Shown here: positions 9,440-19,276 of the stretch, one piece after another
How the letters are laid out: each line of letters begins with the position of its first letter
How positions within the stretch are numbered: the first letter of the stretch is position 1
NCBI GenBank assembly: GCA_965246885.1
Contig: OZ251992.1
Span: forward strand, 1,504,001 to 1,568,000
Source of the DNA: Abditibacterium sp.
GTDB taxonomy: Bacteria > Armatimonadota > Abditibacteriia > Abditibacteriales > Abditibacteriaceae
DNA length: 64,000 nucleotides
Direction: 5' to 3'
Notes under the pieces: model-generated
Databases searched by the model: none
What the model was told of the DNA's origin: nothing
Seen by the model: the letters and a program-made list of their open reading frames with translations, nothing else
Translations under genes and position numbers: made by a program

Positions 9440-10798
9440 ATGCGGTTCACTCGACGCGCGTCATTGATGGGAGCGGTGGCGCTTTGTTTTTATCTGGTCG
9501 CGGTAGTCAATACCCTCCCCAGCTTCTACTACGTGTTGGTGTGGCTGGCGGTCGGGTTGCTGGCGTCGTCTCTGGGCCTTGCGGTTCTGTCTCTCACGGG
9601 CACGGGGTGTAGGCTAAGGGAACTGCGGCCATACGGCTACGCACGCGGCGAATTCGTCAGCGCCATGCCGCCACTGTGGGAAGCTGCGCTGGGCAACGTC
9701 GGTTCGCTCAACAAAACTGGCATCGAACTGGAGTTGCGGCTCCGGCGCGCGGGTGGTGCGGCACCGTCCGCGAAACGGGGGCGCGGCAAGACCCCGCCGC
9801 TTCTCGCATATTTTCTGGTCGAAGCGCTTCCTTCTGGCGCCAAGCTGGATGCGCCGCTCGGACTTGATTTCCTGCCGCGCGGCGCCTACGAGTTGACGGG
9901 CGCGCGCTTGATCGGAAGCGATGTGCTCGGCCTGTTTCGCGCGTCCAAGCGGCTCTCTGTGCCCGATGCGCTCCGCGTCGTGGTGGCACCGATGGTATTG
10001 CCCATTGGAGGGGGCCGCGAGTTTTCGCGGGGCGCAGGTGGGCGCGACGGCTCACGCACCCTTGCGCGCTTGGGCAACAGTCAAGATTTGCGCGGGGTGC
10101 GGCCCTATGTTCCGGGCGACGACTGGCGTCACATCCATTGGGCGACTTCGGCGCGCACGGGTGAACTGGCGGTGCGCGAGTTCGAGCGGAGTGGACGCGA
10201 TGCGGCGGTCGTGGTGTGGGATGGGGCGCTCTCGGCCACCTCCGGGCGCGGCGCGCGGCCCACGACCGAAGAAGAGTTGACTTTGGTCGCTTCCCTTTTA
10301 TGCGCGCTCGACGCCGCGCAAACACCAGCGCACGTCGCGGTGTTGGGGGGCGAGGGGGATGAACTGATCGCCGTCAACGGCCAAGACGGGCTACTCGCGT
10401 CTGCCGCAATGGAAGCCCTCGCTCGCGCGGTTCCCGCCCGCACTGTGCCCTTAACTACCGCGCTCGACCGCGCCAGTATGAGCGCCGACGGTGCGCTGGG
10501 TCAGTTTTTCTTTGTGTCCTCCTCTCTGGGCGCCGATTTGGTGGAGTGTGTGGCGGCGTGCATGGGGCGCGGCGAAGCGGTGACGGTTGTATGGTACGAG
10601 TGGGCGTCCACGCCCGACCCGCGCCGTAGGATGCATCGCGCGCGCGATAGGAAAATTGAGGTGGCGCCGCCCGCCCGCTCGCAAGAGCAGGCGCTTCTTG
10701 CCACCGGTGCGCGTCTCGTGCGTGTCTCGCTCGAAGAAGGTCAATCCGTGTTGCCTGTTCTCGAACGGGCGCTGTTGGAACTTTTGGAGCCGATGTAA
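9440..10798 (+). CDS. DUF58 domain membrane protein
   Basis: N-terminal TM helices; LRGVRPYVPGDDWRHIHWATSARTGELAVREFE. Confidence 0.9.
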   Translation: MRFTRRASLMGAVALCFYLVAVVNTLPSFYYVLVWLAVGLLASSLGLAVLSLTGTGCRLRELRPYGYARGEFVSAMPPLWEAALGNVGSLNKTGIELELRLRRAGGAAPSAKRGRGKTPPLLAYFLVEALPSGAKLDAPLGLDFLPRGAYELTGARLIGSDVLGLFRASKRLSVPDALRVVVAPMVLPIGGGREFSRGAGGRDGSRTLARLGNSQDLRGVRPYVPGDDWRHIHWATSARTGELAVREFERSGRDAAVVVWDGALSATSGRGARPTTEEELTLVASLLCALDAAQTPAHVAVLGGEGDELIAVNGQDGLLASAAMEALARAVPARTVPLTTALDRASMSADGALGQFFFVSSSLGADLVECVAACMGRGEAVTVVWYEWASTPDPRRRMHRARDRKIEVAPPARSQEQALLATGARLVRVSLEEGQSVLPVLERALLELLEPM

Positions 10799-10801
10799 CC
10801 C

Positions 10802-13315
10802 ATGACCATGCCTCAATCTCGACGCTTTACCGGCGAACTGCTGCTCCGTTACTTTTGCGCGACTCTGGTGACTTTGGTCGCGGCGGCAGGCGCGCAACTC
10901 GTGATGCGCTCCGATTTCGCGCTCACCATCGCGGCCCTGACGCTGGTGGGCTTGCCCGTTTCCTTGTATCTGCGCGTGCACGAGATGCGCGTGCTGGGGG
11001 TTTCCCTGTCGCGGCCCGTGTGGAACGCGCTGACGGTGACGCTGTTTTTCGCGGTGGCTGGCGCGTGGACGCTGACCTCAATGTCGGATTTGATCGACCT
11101 GTTGTTGAGCGGGAGCCTGACGCAAAGTTACTGGCTGCACTTCACCGCCGAAGGCTCGCTGGCGTTGCTGATGCAAGTGTTCTTGCTGTTCGCGGCGTTT
11201 CGCTCGTTCGCGCTCATTACCGACAAAGACGCGACGCTGGCGACAGTGCCTTCGTTCTCCGTCCTGCTGTTGCTCATCCCCGTCCACAAGGGTATCGAAG
11301 TCGTTCTTTACTTTCTGTTATGGACGCTCGCGGCGACGACGCTTTTCGCCCTCGACCATCGTATTGAACAGCGCGAGCGGGCCAATGGGCGGGTTCCCGC
11401 CGCGCTTCCGGGGCAGGCGGCGCGTTTGGCGGCGCGCGGGTTGGTCGGGGTGTTGGGTGCAGCGCTGGTCGCGTCGTTTTCGCTGTCAGCGTTTTTGACT
11501 TCGCGCAACGCCGAAGACCAGAGCGTCACGCAGTCCGCCATCGCCGGACTCGCAGGCCGCTTTGCGCAACTTGCAATGGGGCCGGGCGAGTCGTCCATCG
11601 GCGGGGGAGCAGAGCGGCAAATTGATTTTTCGAGCGGCCCGTCCATTCCTTCGCGCGCGCTGTTGTGGTGGGTGAAGACCCGCGCGGGGGACGACCGCAT
11701 CGTCCGCCCGGAGTACTTCCGCTTGTTCGCCTTATCGAAATATAACGGCGCGACGTGGACGCAAGGAGGGATCGCCCAGAAGCGGCTGGCGCTCGCTCCC
11801 ATTCCCACGAGTGTGTGGCCCCTCAAATGGCGCCACCGCTTCATTGACCGCTTCCATGATGAGCAAAACGGGCAATACCACTTCAATCCGTTCTTCTCTG
11901 CCCGCAACGTGAGACGTGCCGGGCATTGGCGCTACCAACTCCCCAAAGAACCCGACCTCCATAATCGTGAGGCCGAAGAGAATAGAATCATTCAAGCGTT
12001 CCAGCAACAGAATCTCGTGCCCCATTTTTCCGAGTTGCAGCCCGGATTTACGCTCGGCCAAGCGTGGCCGCAACTGGCGCGCGATTTTGGGCGCCCGACC
12101 GCCACGCTTCAAGTCACCGTGCGCCCCAATGCCACTAATTTGGGCTTTGTTCCAACGCTGCCGGGGATGCGCGCGCTGTTCGTGCGCAACAGCTACCTTA
12201 CAAATAAGGAGATTAGGGAGGTGCGGGCGGGGGTGGACGCTTCGGTGGATACGGGGATCGTGCAGCAGGAGCACCGTATCAACAGTTTGTGTGACGTGCC
12301 GCGACTGCCCGAATACGGCTTTGCCGTGGATGCGGCGCCCACGAAAAAGGTGGCGCCGTCGGCCCAATCTCCGCAGCTTTTGCCGTCCCAGCGCGCGCTC
12401 TGCCTCGAAACGCCGCGACTCACGGAGCGAGTGCGCCGCTTCGCGCGCGCCTCTGTGGCCAAAGCGGGAACGGAGGAGAACAACCTCGCGCGGGCGCAAC
12501 GCTTGGCGCTCGCCATTGATCGGGGCGCCACCTACACGCTGCGACCGCCCACTCCACCCGACAGCGTGGAAGCGACCGATTACTTCTTGTTCGAGGGCAA
12601 TCGGCGGGGCTACTGCACGCACTTCGCGTCGGCTCTGGCGGTTTTGTGTCGCTCGCAGGGGATTCCGGCGCGTTTGGTGTCGGGCTTCGCCGCGCAGGAA
12701 TACTCCTCGGATGGTTGGGCGCTTCTGCGCGGCGCCAATGCCCACGCTTGGACGGAAGTGTGGATCGAGAACTGGGGTTGGGCGCCCGTAGATGCTACTC
12801 CCGCTACCGACCGGGGCGACAATGCGCCCAATCTGCTCGCCTTTTGGGGCGACTGGCTGGGCTTCGCATTCAATCAGATCGCCGTCTGGAGCCGCGCCCG
12901 CGTCGCTCTGCTTGGCTGTCTGGTCGGTGCGCTGGTCGTTGGCGTCTACGCTTTTCGCCGCCGCGAGCGCATCAGTCGCTGGCTGGCCAACCGGCGCGGG
13001 CGCCTGAGCAACGAGGAGTGGACGCGCCGCGAAATCATCGAATCCTACGAGAGCGCCGCCAAGCGGCTCGCGGCCCTGTTTCGTCCCCGCACGCTATCCG
13101 AAACGCCCATCGAGTGGCTCGCCGCCGCCGGACAAAGCGCCCTCGACGCTCCCCGCGCGCGCGGCTTTGCGCGCCGCGAGTTCGAGATGCTCACCGATTA
13201 TTATGTGCGCGCCCGCTACGCCCCTACGGCCCCCGATGAGTCCGCCATCGCCGTCGCGCGGGAGTTGGCCAAGCAGGTGTTGCGAGGAAAAGGGCGCACT
13301 TCCACCGAAAGTTAA
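10802..13315 (+). CDS. TgpA-like membrane transglutaminase-domain protein
   Basis: Multi-TM N-terminus; GYCTHFASA, GIPARLVSGF, HAWTEV, DATP; DUF4129-like C-terminus. Confidence 0.9.
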   Translation: MTMPQSRRFTGELLLRYFCATLVTLVAAAGAQLVMRSDFALTIAALTLVGLPVSLYLRVHEMRVLGVSLSRPVWNALTVTLFFAVAGAWTLTSMSDLIDLLLSGSLTQSYWLHFTAEGSLALLMQVFLLFAAFRSFALITDKDATLATVPSFSVLLLLIPVHKGIEVVLYFLLWTLAATTLFALDHRIEQRERANGRVPAALPGQAARLAARGLVGVLGAALVASFSLSAFLTSRNAEDQSVTQSAIAGLAGRFAQLAMGPGESSIGGGAERQIDFSSGPSIPSRALLWWVKTRAGDDRIVRPEYFRLFALSKYNGATWTQGGIAQKRLALAPIPTSVWPLKWRHRFIDRFHDEQNGQYHFNPFFSARNVRRAGHWRYQLPKEPDLHNREAEENRIIQAFQQQNLVPHFSELQPGFTLGQAWPQLARDFGRPTATLQVTVRPNATNLGFVPTLPGMRALFVRNSYLTNKEIREVRAGVDASVDTGIVQQEHRINSLCDVPRLPEYGFAVDAAPTKKVAPSAQSPQLLPSQRALCLETPRLTERVRRFARASVAKAGTEENNLARAQRLALAIDRGATYTLRPPTPPDSVEATDYFLFEGNRRGYCTHFASALAVLCRSQGIPARLVSGFAAQEYSSDGWALLRGANAHAWTEVWIENWGWAPVDATPATDRGDNAPNLLAFWGDWLGFAFNQIAVWSRARVALLGCLVGALVVGVYAFRRRERISRWLANRRGRLSNEEWTRREIIESYESAAKRLAALFRPRTLSETPIEWLAAAGQSALDAPRARGFARREFEMLTDYYVRARYAPTAPDESAIAVARELAKQVLRGKGRTSTES

Positions 13316-13352
13316 ACTCGCCGTCACCCGAACGGGTGACGGCGAGTTTAAC
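13311..13352. terminator. Bidirectional terminator hairpin
   Basis: gttaaactcgccgtcacccg-aa-cgggtgacggcgagtttaac, a perfect inverted repeat between convergent genes. Confidence 0.8.
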
Positions 13353-13369
13353 CCCAAATCAGTGGTTAG

Positions 13370-13720
13370 TTAGGCCGTTGGCGCCGTCAGTTCCACGATG
13401 CCGTTTTGCGGGTCGGCGTTCATGTGAAAGCCAAGCGCGCTTTCAAAAAAGCGCACGGGCACCCACGTCTCGCCGTCCTCGACGAAGGGCGTTCCCGTCA
13501 GGCCGACCTCGCTACCGTTGACGTTAGCAGTCGCTTGACCGTCCGTGAACGTCACGATTTGCCCGCCCATATACAAAATGGCGGTGCCTGTTGTCGGCTC
13601 GTAGTCCACGTTGCCGCCCAAGTTGCTGGCGACTTGGCGGAGCGGCACGAACATGGCGCCGTCCTGCACGCGGGGTTCGCCCGCAATATCGGTCATCTGT
13701 CCGTTGAGAATGTAAGGCAT
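13370..13720 (-). CDS. Copper amine oxidase N-terminal (stalk) domain protein
   Basis: MFVPLRQVASNLG and TWVPVRFFESALG duplicated motif. Confidence 0.85.
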   Translation of the reverse strand: MPYILNGQMTDIAGEPRVQDGAMFVPLRQVASNLGGNVDYEPTTGTAILYMGGQIVTFTDGQATANVNGSEVGLTGTPFVEDGETWVPVRFFESALGFHMNADPQNGIVELTAPTA

Positions 13721-13786
13721 GGTTGGTTCTTAAAGCAAAAAAAAGAAGAACACGACTTGCGCCGTGTTCTTCGCTGGTTCGCCGTC

Positions 13787-14353
13787 TTACTTAACGGACA
13801 GGTTGTCCACAACGGTGTAGCCGTTGGCTTTCTGTTTGGCGATGGACTCGGCGAGCGTCTTTTGCGCAGCGCTGGTGACGGTGCCAGACAACTTGACGGT
13901 CTTGGCGGCCACGTCGGTGTCCACGTTGATGCTGGAGCCGTTGAGGGCTTTGTTGCCACCGAAAGCGGTTTTGATTAGCGGAGTCAACGCCGCATGAGAG
14001 GCGGCAGCACCCACGTTGGCGGCACCGTTGGCGACGGCGGCTCCGGCATTCGCGGCACCGTTGGCAACAGCAGCCCCCGCATTCGCGGCACCATTGACGA
14101 CATTAGCGGCACCGTTAGCAACCGCCCCGCCCACATTGGCGGCGCCGTTGACGACTTTCGCGCCGCCATTGGCGACCGCGTTAGCGGTGTCGCCGAGGTT
14201 GTCGGCGACCTTGTTGGCGACTTTATCGCCGCCATTGACAGCAGCGTTGGCGGTGTCCGAAGCGGCGGTGTCGCCGCCATTGCCGCAACCCGCCAAAGCG
14301 AGGATGACGGCGCCCGTTCCGAGCAAAGCGCCCATTGTGCGAATGTTTTGCAT
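13787..14353 (-). CDS. BON-domain lipoprotein with Ala/Asn-rich 11-aa repeats
   Basis: Lipobox LAGC; NGAANxGAAVA repeats; C-terminal INVDT..VKLSGTV..VVDNLSV. Confidence 0.88.
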   Translation of the reverse strand: MQNIRTMGALLGTGAVILALAGCGNGGDTAASDTANAAVNGGDKVANKVADNLGDTANAVANGGAKVVNGAANVGGAVANGAANVVNGAANAGAAVANGAANAGAAVANGAANVGAAASHAALTPLIKTAFGGNKALNGSSINVDTDVAAKTVKLSGTVTSAAQKTLAESIAKQKANGYTVVDNLSVK

Positions 14354-14473
14354 TGTGTTGTGAAATTCTCCTGCGAAAATGCCCGCGAACTGCGGGCATC
14401 AAACTCGCCCCGATATTTTAGCAAGCGACGTGCCGCTTGTGTGAATTACCCCTCTGGCAATCTGCCGAAGATG

Positions 14474-15745
14474 TTATGACCCTCTCATTGCCGCGCACGC
14501 TTCCCCAAGTGGCAACGTCTGTTGCGTGCCCGCGTCCAAGTCTTTCAAGGCCACACTGTTCGCCGCCAATTCGTCGTCGCCCACTATCAGGGCAAAGCGC
14601 GCCTTGGAGCGGTTCGCCTCGTTCATCTGCTTCTTGAGCGAGCGCCCTACCAAGTCGCAGTCGCAGCTTAACCCTTGGGAGCGAATCGCGCGCAACAGTC
14701 CCGGCGTCGCGGCGCGCGCGGCGTCACCCAGCGCCACCACGAACGCCGTCAGGCGCGGCGCTTCGACGGTTGCTCCTCCGGCGTCGCGCACCATGAGCAG
14801 GCGTTCGATGCCGCAACCGAAGCCGATGCCGGGGGTCGGCGAACCGCCCAACTCCTCGACCAAACCATCGTAGCGCCCCCCGCCCAAAACCGTAGACTGC
14901 GCGCCCAGCTTGTCGCTGACCCACTCAAAGGCGGTGCGCGAGTAGTAATCGAAGCCGCGCACGAGGTCAGGGTCTACCTCGAAGGGGATGCCCAGTTCGC
15001 CCAAGATGCGGCCCAATTGGGCGAAGTGCGCGCTGGATTCTGGGTCGTGGGCGCGCACGTGGTCGAGCAGTTTGGGGGCGCCAATCAGCGCTTCATGGTC
15101 GCGCGGGTCTTTGGAATCGAAGATGCGCAGGGGGTTAAGTTCCAAGCGCCGCTTGGAATCGTCTGATAACCCCTCCCGCTTGGGTTCGAGGAACTCGCGC
15201 AGCGAGTTTACATAGGCCCGCCGCGATTCGCGCGTGCCCAAAGTATTCAAGCGCAGCGTCGGATAAACGCCCATCTCCTCTAAAAAGTCACGGGCCAGCG
15301 CCAACACTTCGGCGTCTGCTCCGGCGTCGCTTGCGCCCAACAATTCCACGCCGCATTGGTGATGCTGGCGAAAGCGGCCCGCGCCGGGCGCTTCGTAGCG
15401 GAAGATGGGAAAGATGTAAAACAGCTTGGAAACCGGGCCGCGCTCGCCCAAATTGCCTTGCAAGTACGCGCGAACCACGCTCGCCGTGCCTTCGGGCCGC
15501 AGCGTATACGAGTCGCCGTCCAAGCCGTCGAAGGAATACATCTGCTTGGTGACGACAACGTCGCTCGACTCGCCCGAAGCGCGCCCGAACAGTTCGGTAT
15601 GTTCCAACACGGGCGTGCGAATCTCTTGGAAATTGGCGCGCGCGCACACGCGCCGGAAGGTTTCTTCGACAAAACGCCACGAAGGGATGGCGTCGGGCAA
15701 CACATCGTGCATCCCGCGCACGGACTGGAATTTCTGCATGTTCAT
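14474..15745 (-). CDS. hisS: Histidine--tRNA ligase
   Basis: RGMHD, LRPEGTA, FRYE, GRFRQHHQ, LVRGFDYY, GGGRYDGL. Confidence 0.97.
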   Translation of the reverse strand: MNMQKFQSVRGMHDVLPDAIPSWRFVEETFRRVCARANFQEIRTPVLEHTELFGRASGESSDVVVTKQMYSFDGLDGDSYTLRPEGTASVVRAYLQGNLGERGPVSKLFYIFPIFRYEAPGAGRFRQHHQCGVELLGASDAGADAEVLALARDFLEEMGVYPTLRLNTLGTRESRRAYVNSLREFLEPKREGLSDDSKRRLELNPLRIFDSKDPRDHEALIGAPKLLDHVRAHDPESSAHFAQLGRILGELGIPFEVDPDLVRGFDYYSRTAFEWVSDKLGAQSTVLGGGRYDGLVEELGGSPTPGIGFGCGIERLLMVRDAGGATVEAPRLTAFVVALGDAARAATPGLLRAIRSQGLSCDCDLVGRSLKKQMNEANRSKARFALIVGDDELAANSVALKDLDAGTQQTLPLGEACAAMRGS

Positions 15746-15758
15746 AGCGAGGCGGCCT

Positions 15759-17000
15759 TTACAACCCAAACGCCGTTCTCATGGTGTTGACATCCTTGTC
15801 GCCGCGTCCGCTCAGATTGACGACGATAACGTCGTCCTTTCCATAGCGCGCCGTCAGTTCGCCCAGATACGCAAGGGCGTGCGCCGATTCGAGCGCGGGC
15901 AGGATGCCTTCCAATTGGCACAGCAGTTTCACGGCTTCCAACGCTTCCGCGTCGGTTGCGCCCACGTAATGCGCGCGGCCACTGTCTTTCAGGTGCGCGT
16001 GCTCCGGGCCGACGCCGGGGTAGTCCAAGCCCGCCGAAATCGAGTGCGTTTCCGAGATTTGGCCCCACTTGTCTTGCACGACGTAGCTCAGTGAGCCGTG
16101 TAGCACCCCCTTGCTCCCGCGCGATAGCGGCGCGGCATGGCGGCCCGTATCGAGTCCATCGCCTGCGCCCTCCACGCCCCACAGTTCCACCGTCTCGTCT
16201 TCCAAGAACGGGTGAAAGAGGCCAATGGCGTTCGAGCCGCCCCCGATGCACGCCACACACGCGACGGGCAATTTCCCGACTTGCTCCAACACTTGACGCC
16301 GCGCTTCTTGGCCCGTGATGGCGTGGAAGTCGCGCACCATCGTGGGGAAGGGGTGCGGCCCCGCGACGGTGCCGATGATGTAATGCGTGTCCCGCACGTT
16401 CGTCACCCAGTCGCGCATCGCCTCGTTGGTCGCGTCTTTGAGGGTCTTGCTGCCGGACGTAACCGGAATCACTTTGGCGCCCAGCAGTTGCATGCGAAAC
16501 ACGTTGAGCGATTGGCGGCGCGTGTCTTCCTCGCCCATATACACCTCGCACGCAAAACCAAAGCGCGCGGCAACTGTCGCCGTCGCCACACCGTGTTGAC
16601 CGGCACCCGTTTCCGCAATCAGGCGCGGCTTGCCCATTCGTTTGGCAAGGAGCGCTTGGCCGAGGGCGTTGTTTATCTTGTGCGCGCCGGTATGCAGCAA
16701 GTCCTCGCGCTTGAGATAAATCCGCGCGCCGCCGAAGTGCTGCGTGAGGCGCTCCGCGAAATAAAGCGGCGTCGGGCGCCCCACGTAATCGCGCAGGAGG
16801 CCCGCTAATTCGAGTTGAAACTGCGGGTCGCGGCGCGCCTCGTCGTAAATCTCTTCGAGTTCGCGCAGCGCCACCATGAGCGTTTCGGGCACGAACTGGC
16901 CGCCGAACTCTCCGAAGTGCCCGCGCGCCCCGTCTCCTTGAAGTTGCGCTTCGACGGCTTCGACTTCGGTTTCTAAACGGCCCTGCGATTCGTTGAACAT
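15759..17000 (-). CDS. trpB: Tryptophan synthase beta chain
   Basis: [16 protein letters not shown] (PLP lysine), [31 protein letters not shown]. Confidence 0.98.
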   Translation of the reverse strand: MFNESQGRLETEVEAVEAQLQGDGARGHFGEFGGQFVPETLMVALRELEEIYDEARRDPQFQLELAGLLRDYVGRPTPLYFAERLTQHFGGARIYLKREDLLHTGAHKINNALGQALLAKRMGKPRLIAETGAGQHGVATATVAARFGFACEVYMGEEDTRRQSLNVFRMQLLGAKVIPVTSGSKTLKDATNEAMRDWVTNVRDTHYIIGTVAGPHPFPTMVRDFHAITGQEARRQVLEQVGKLPVACVACIGGGSNAIGLFHPFLEDETVELWGVEGAGDGLDTGRHAAPLSRGSKGVLHGSLSYVVQDKWGQISETHSISAGLDYPGVGPEHAHLKDSGRAHYVGATDAEALEAVKLLCQLEGILPALESAHALAYLGELTARYGKDDVIVVNLSGRGDKDVNTMRTAFGL

Positions 17001-17034
17001 GGCGAACAGTGTAAAGGGGCGGAAGAATTAACCC

Positions 17035-17197
17035 GGTGACGCAGTGACAGACGCCTGTCACTGGGCGACAGATGTCTGGGAATCGTCGAGGGATGTCTGC
17101 CGTCGCGTCACGGACGTCCGCCACGCGATGCCAGACGTCTGCGAGGCAATGACAGACGTCTGTCACTGCGCGAGGGACATCCCTCGACGCGTCACCG
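17035..17197. repeat. Seven-unit 21-bp tandem array of palindromes (consensus tgacagacgtctgtca)
   Basis: Units start at 17045, 17066, 17087, 17108, 17129, 17150 and 17171; bounded by the inverted repeat cggtgacgc/gcgtcaccg. Confidence 0.92.
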
Positions 17198-17202
17198 CCG
17201 CC

Positions 17203-18291
17203 TCATTGCAGCGCGCCCGCGTAAAGGGGCGACTGGGCGGCTTGGCGGAAGGCGGCAAGGGCGGCGGGCGAGGAGTCAAAGCGGAAGTTCGATTCGCCTT
17301 GGGCGGTCTTGTCGCGGCAAAAGTAGGTGACTAAGCGCACGCGGCCAAAGCGGTTGGGAATATCGGACAACAACGCTTGAGCCAGCCAAGCGGCCTTGGT
17401 TTGGCCGAACGGGGCGCCTTCTTCGGTAACGCCCAACTCGGCGATCATGAGGGGCTTATCGGACAAACGGCCCAAGGCGTTGTAGGTCGGCTCGAACAAA
17501 TTCACAAAAGAGCGCCAAGGCTGGTGGGCGCCATCGTTGTAAAGCGAAACTCCGACCCAGTCCACCCACGCATCACCGGGAAACATCGAGTACAAGTCGC
17601 GCTCCTGCGTGCGCGCGTCGTTGAAATTGTTGGTGTAGAGGATGTTGGGCGACCAGACCCAGCGCGCGTTGGTGGCGCCTTCACGCCGGAAGATGCCGAC
17701 AACGTGCTTCCACATGGCGCAGAACATGGCGGGCGAGTTGTCGTTGTTGCGTTGCGCGACGCCTGCGTAGGCCGTTGCCCAAGGGTACCAATCGCCGTTC
17801 ATCTCGTGGGCAAAGCGAATCAGAACGGGCACGCCCGCCGCCCGGACTTGACGGGCATACGAGCGAATGAAAGCGTCGTGATTGCCCGCGACGATGTCTT
17901 CGCAACCCCAATTGCGCGCGTTTGTGTTGCCGCCCCAAGGCTCCCACGTCACCATGAGCGTTGAGCCAAGCGCGCGGGCGCGTCGGGCCTGCGCGATGGG
18001 AAACTGGTTCCAGCCCGCCCAACTTTGGAAGATCATCCAAACGGCAGGCGAGCGCCCGGTTTGAGCACGGAAACGCAAGACGGCGCTCGCATCGCCCGGA
18101 GCGCACCCGCCTTGGTCGAAGTAATAGGCGCCCAAAGCAATGGACAACGCATCCTTGCAAGGGCGACGGGGCAGGCGCCAACTGGCGGCGGAAATTCTGC
18201 CCCGCGATACGCGCACCTTTTGCGCGAGGGCGGGACGAAATAGGCCAAGTCCAAGGGTGCAAGAAACGACGATGCGGCGGCGACGGGACAT
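17203..18291 (-). CDS. Glycoside hydrolase family 26 protein, secreted
   Basis: VTWEPW, RFAHEMNGDWYPW, WVWSPN, PGDAWVD, KPLMIAELG. Confidence 0.9.
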   Translation of the reverse strand: MSRRRRIVVSCTLGLGLFRPALAQKVRVSRGRISAASWRLPRRPCKDALSIALGAYYFDQGGCAPGDASAVLRFRAQTGRSPAVWMIFQSWAGWNQFPIAQARRARALGSTLMVTWEPWGGNTNARNWGCEDIVAGNHDAFIRSYARQVRAAGVPVLIRFAHEMNGDWYPWATAYAGVAQRNNDNSPAMFCAMWKHVVGIFRREGATNARWVWSPNILYTNNFNDARTQERDLYSMFPGDAWVDWVGVSLYNDGAHQPWRSFVNLFEPTYNALGRLSDKPLMIAELGVTEEGAPFGQTKAAWLAQALLSDIPNRFGRVRLVTYFCRDKTAQGESNFRFDSSPAALAAFRQAAQSPLYAGALQ

Positions 18292-18435
18292 AAACAGGCG
18301 CTCTAAGCGTAGCCCAAAACCTGACTTCGGGTCAGGGGCAGACGCCGCACGTTCCTGAATGTTCTTTGCGATGTTGGAAAGCGAATGAGTTCGCAACCTC
18401 GTCGGCGAGGGCCGACGTTCTCGCTGGCCGCGAAT

Positions 18436-19224
18436 TCATTCGCTTTCGGCAGGCCCAAGCAGTGCCCGAATCGCTCCGGCCACATTCTCCGACCGCATGA
18501 GGCTTTCGCCCACAAGCAAGGCATCGGCGCCCGCTTCGCGCATCCGGCGCGCGTCCTGCCCGGAAAAGATGCCCGACTCGCTCACGACGGTGCACGACGC
18601 GGGGAAGAGAGGCCGTAGCCGTTCTGTCGTGGCCAAATCTACCGCGAAGGATTGCAAGTCGCGGTTGTTGATGCCAATGAAAGTGCAGCCGTTGAACAAG
18701 GCGCGTTTGGCATCGGTCTCGTCGTGCACTTCGCACAGGGCGTCCATTCCTAAGCGCGTGGCGGCGGCCTTGAGTTGGCGCAACTCCCAATCTTTGAGAA
18801 CGGACACGATGAGCAGGATGCAGTCGGCGCCCGCGACGCGGGCCTCGGTAATTTGGATCTCGTCCACCATGAAATCTTTGCGAAGCGCCGGTTTGCCGGA
18901 GATGGCGCGCGCGGCTTGGAGGTGGGCGAGGTCGCCTTGGAACCATTGCGGCTCGGTCAAGACGGACAAGCAGTCGGCGCCGCCGTCGCGGTAAAGCGCC
19001 GCTTGGTGCTCCGGGTCAAAATCGGGCGCGATGACGCCCTTCGAGGGCGAGGCTTTTTTGATTTCGGCGATAATTCCCAAGCGGTCGGGGTGCTTCAAGG
19101 CGGCAGCAAACGGGCGCGGCGGGGGCGCGTCGGCAAGGCACCGCTCAAGCGTGGCGATGTCGGTGGTGGCTTTCAACTGCTCCACGCGCACGCGGGTGGC
19201 GGCGACGATTTGGTCGAGGATCAT
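18436..19224 (-). CDS. trpC: Indole-3-glycerol phosphate synthase
   Basis: IAEIKKASPSKG, SVLTE, LRKDF, GINNRDL, SESGI, LVGESLM. Confidence 0.97.
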   Translation of the reverse strand: MILDQIVAATRVRVEQLKATTDIATLERCLADAPPPRPFAAALKHPDRLGIIAEIKKASPSKGVIAPDFDPEHQAALYRDGGADCLSVLTEPQWFQGDLAHLQAARAISGKPALRKDFMVDEIQITEARVAGADCILLIVSVLKDWELRQLKAAATRLGMDALCEVHDETDAKRALFNGCTFIGINNRDLQSFAVDLATTERLRPLFPASCTVVSESGIFSGQDARRMREAGADALLVGESLMRSENVAGAIRALLGPAESE

Positions 19225-19276
19225 AGGATGGCTTTAGTGTGCGCGGCGCCGTCAGGGAATGGGTAAAATATGGCCG

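Noticed and set aside
9395..9440. tmRNA (ssrA) or a prophage att site next to smpB
   Set aside because: Only about 45 bp separate smpB from the next gene; no tmRNA ends or integrase are visible
15742..17166. 474-aa ORF starting in the repeat array and overlapping trpB
   Set aside because: Out-of-frame, Arg-rich shadow of trpB; its heptad N-terminus is just the array
17001..17200. trp attenuator/leader peptide or T-box upstream of trpB
   Set aside because: No tandem Trp codons or T-box motif; the region is the repeat array, and a -10-like hexamer lies 7 nt from the ATG
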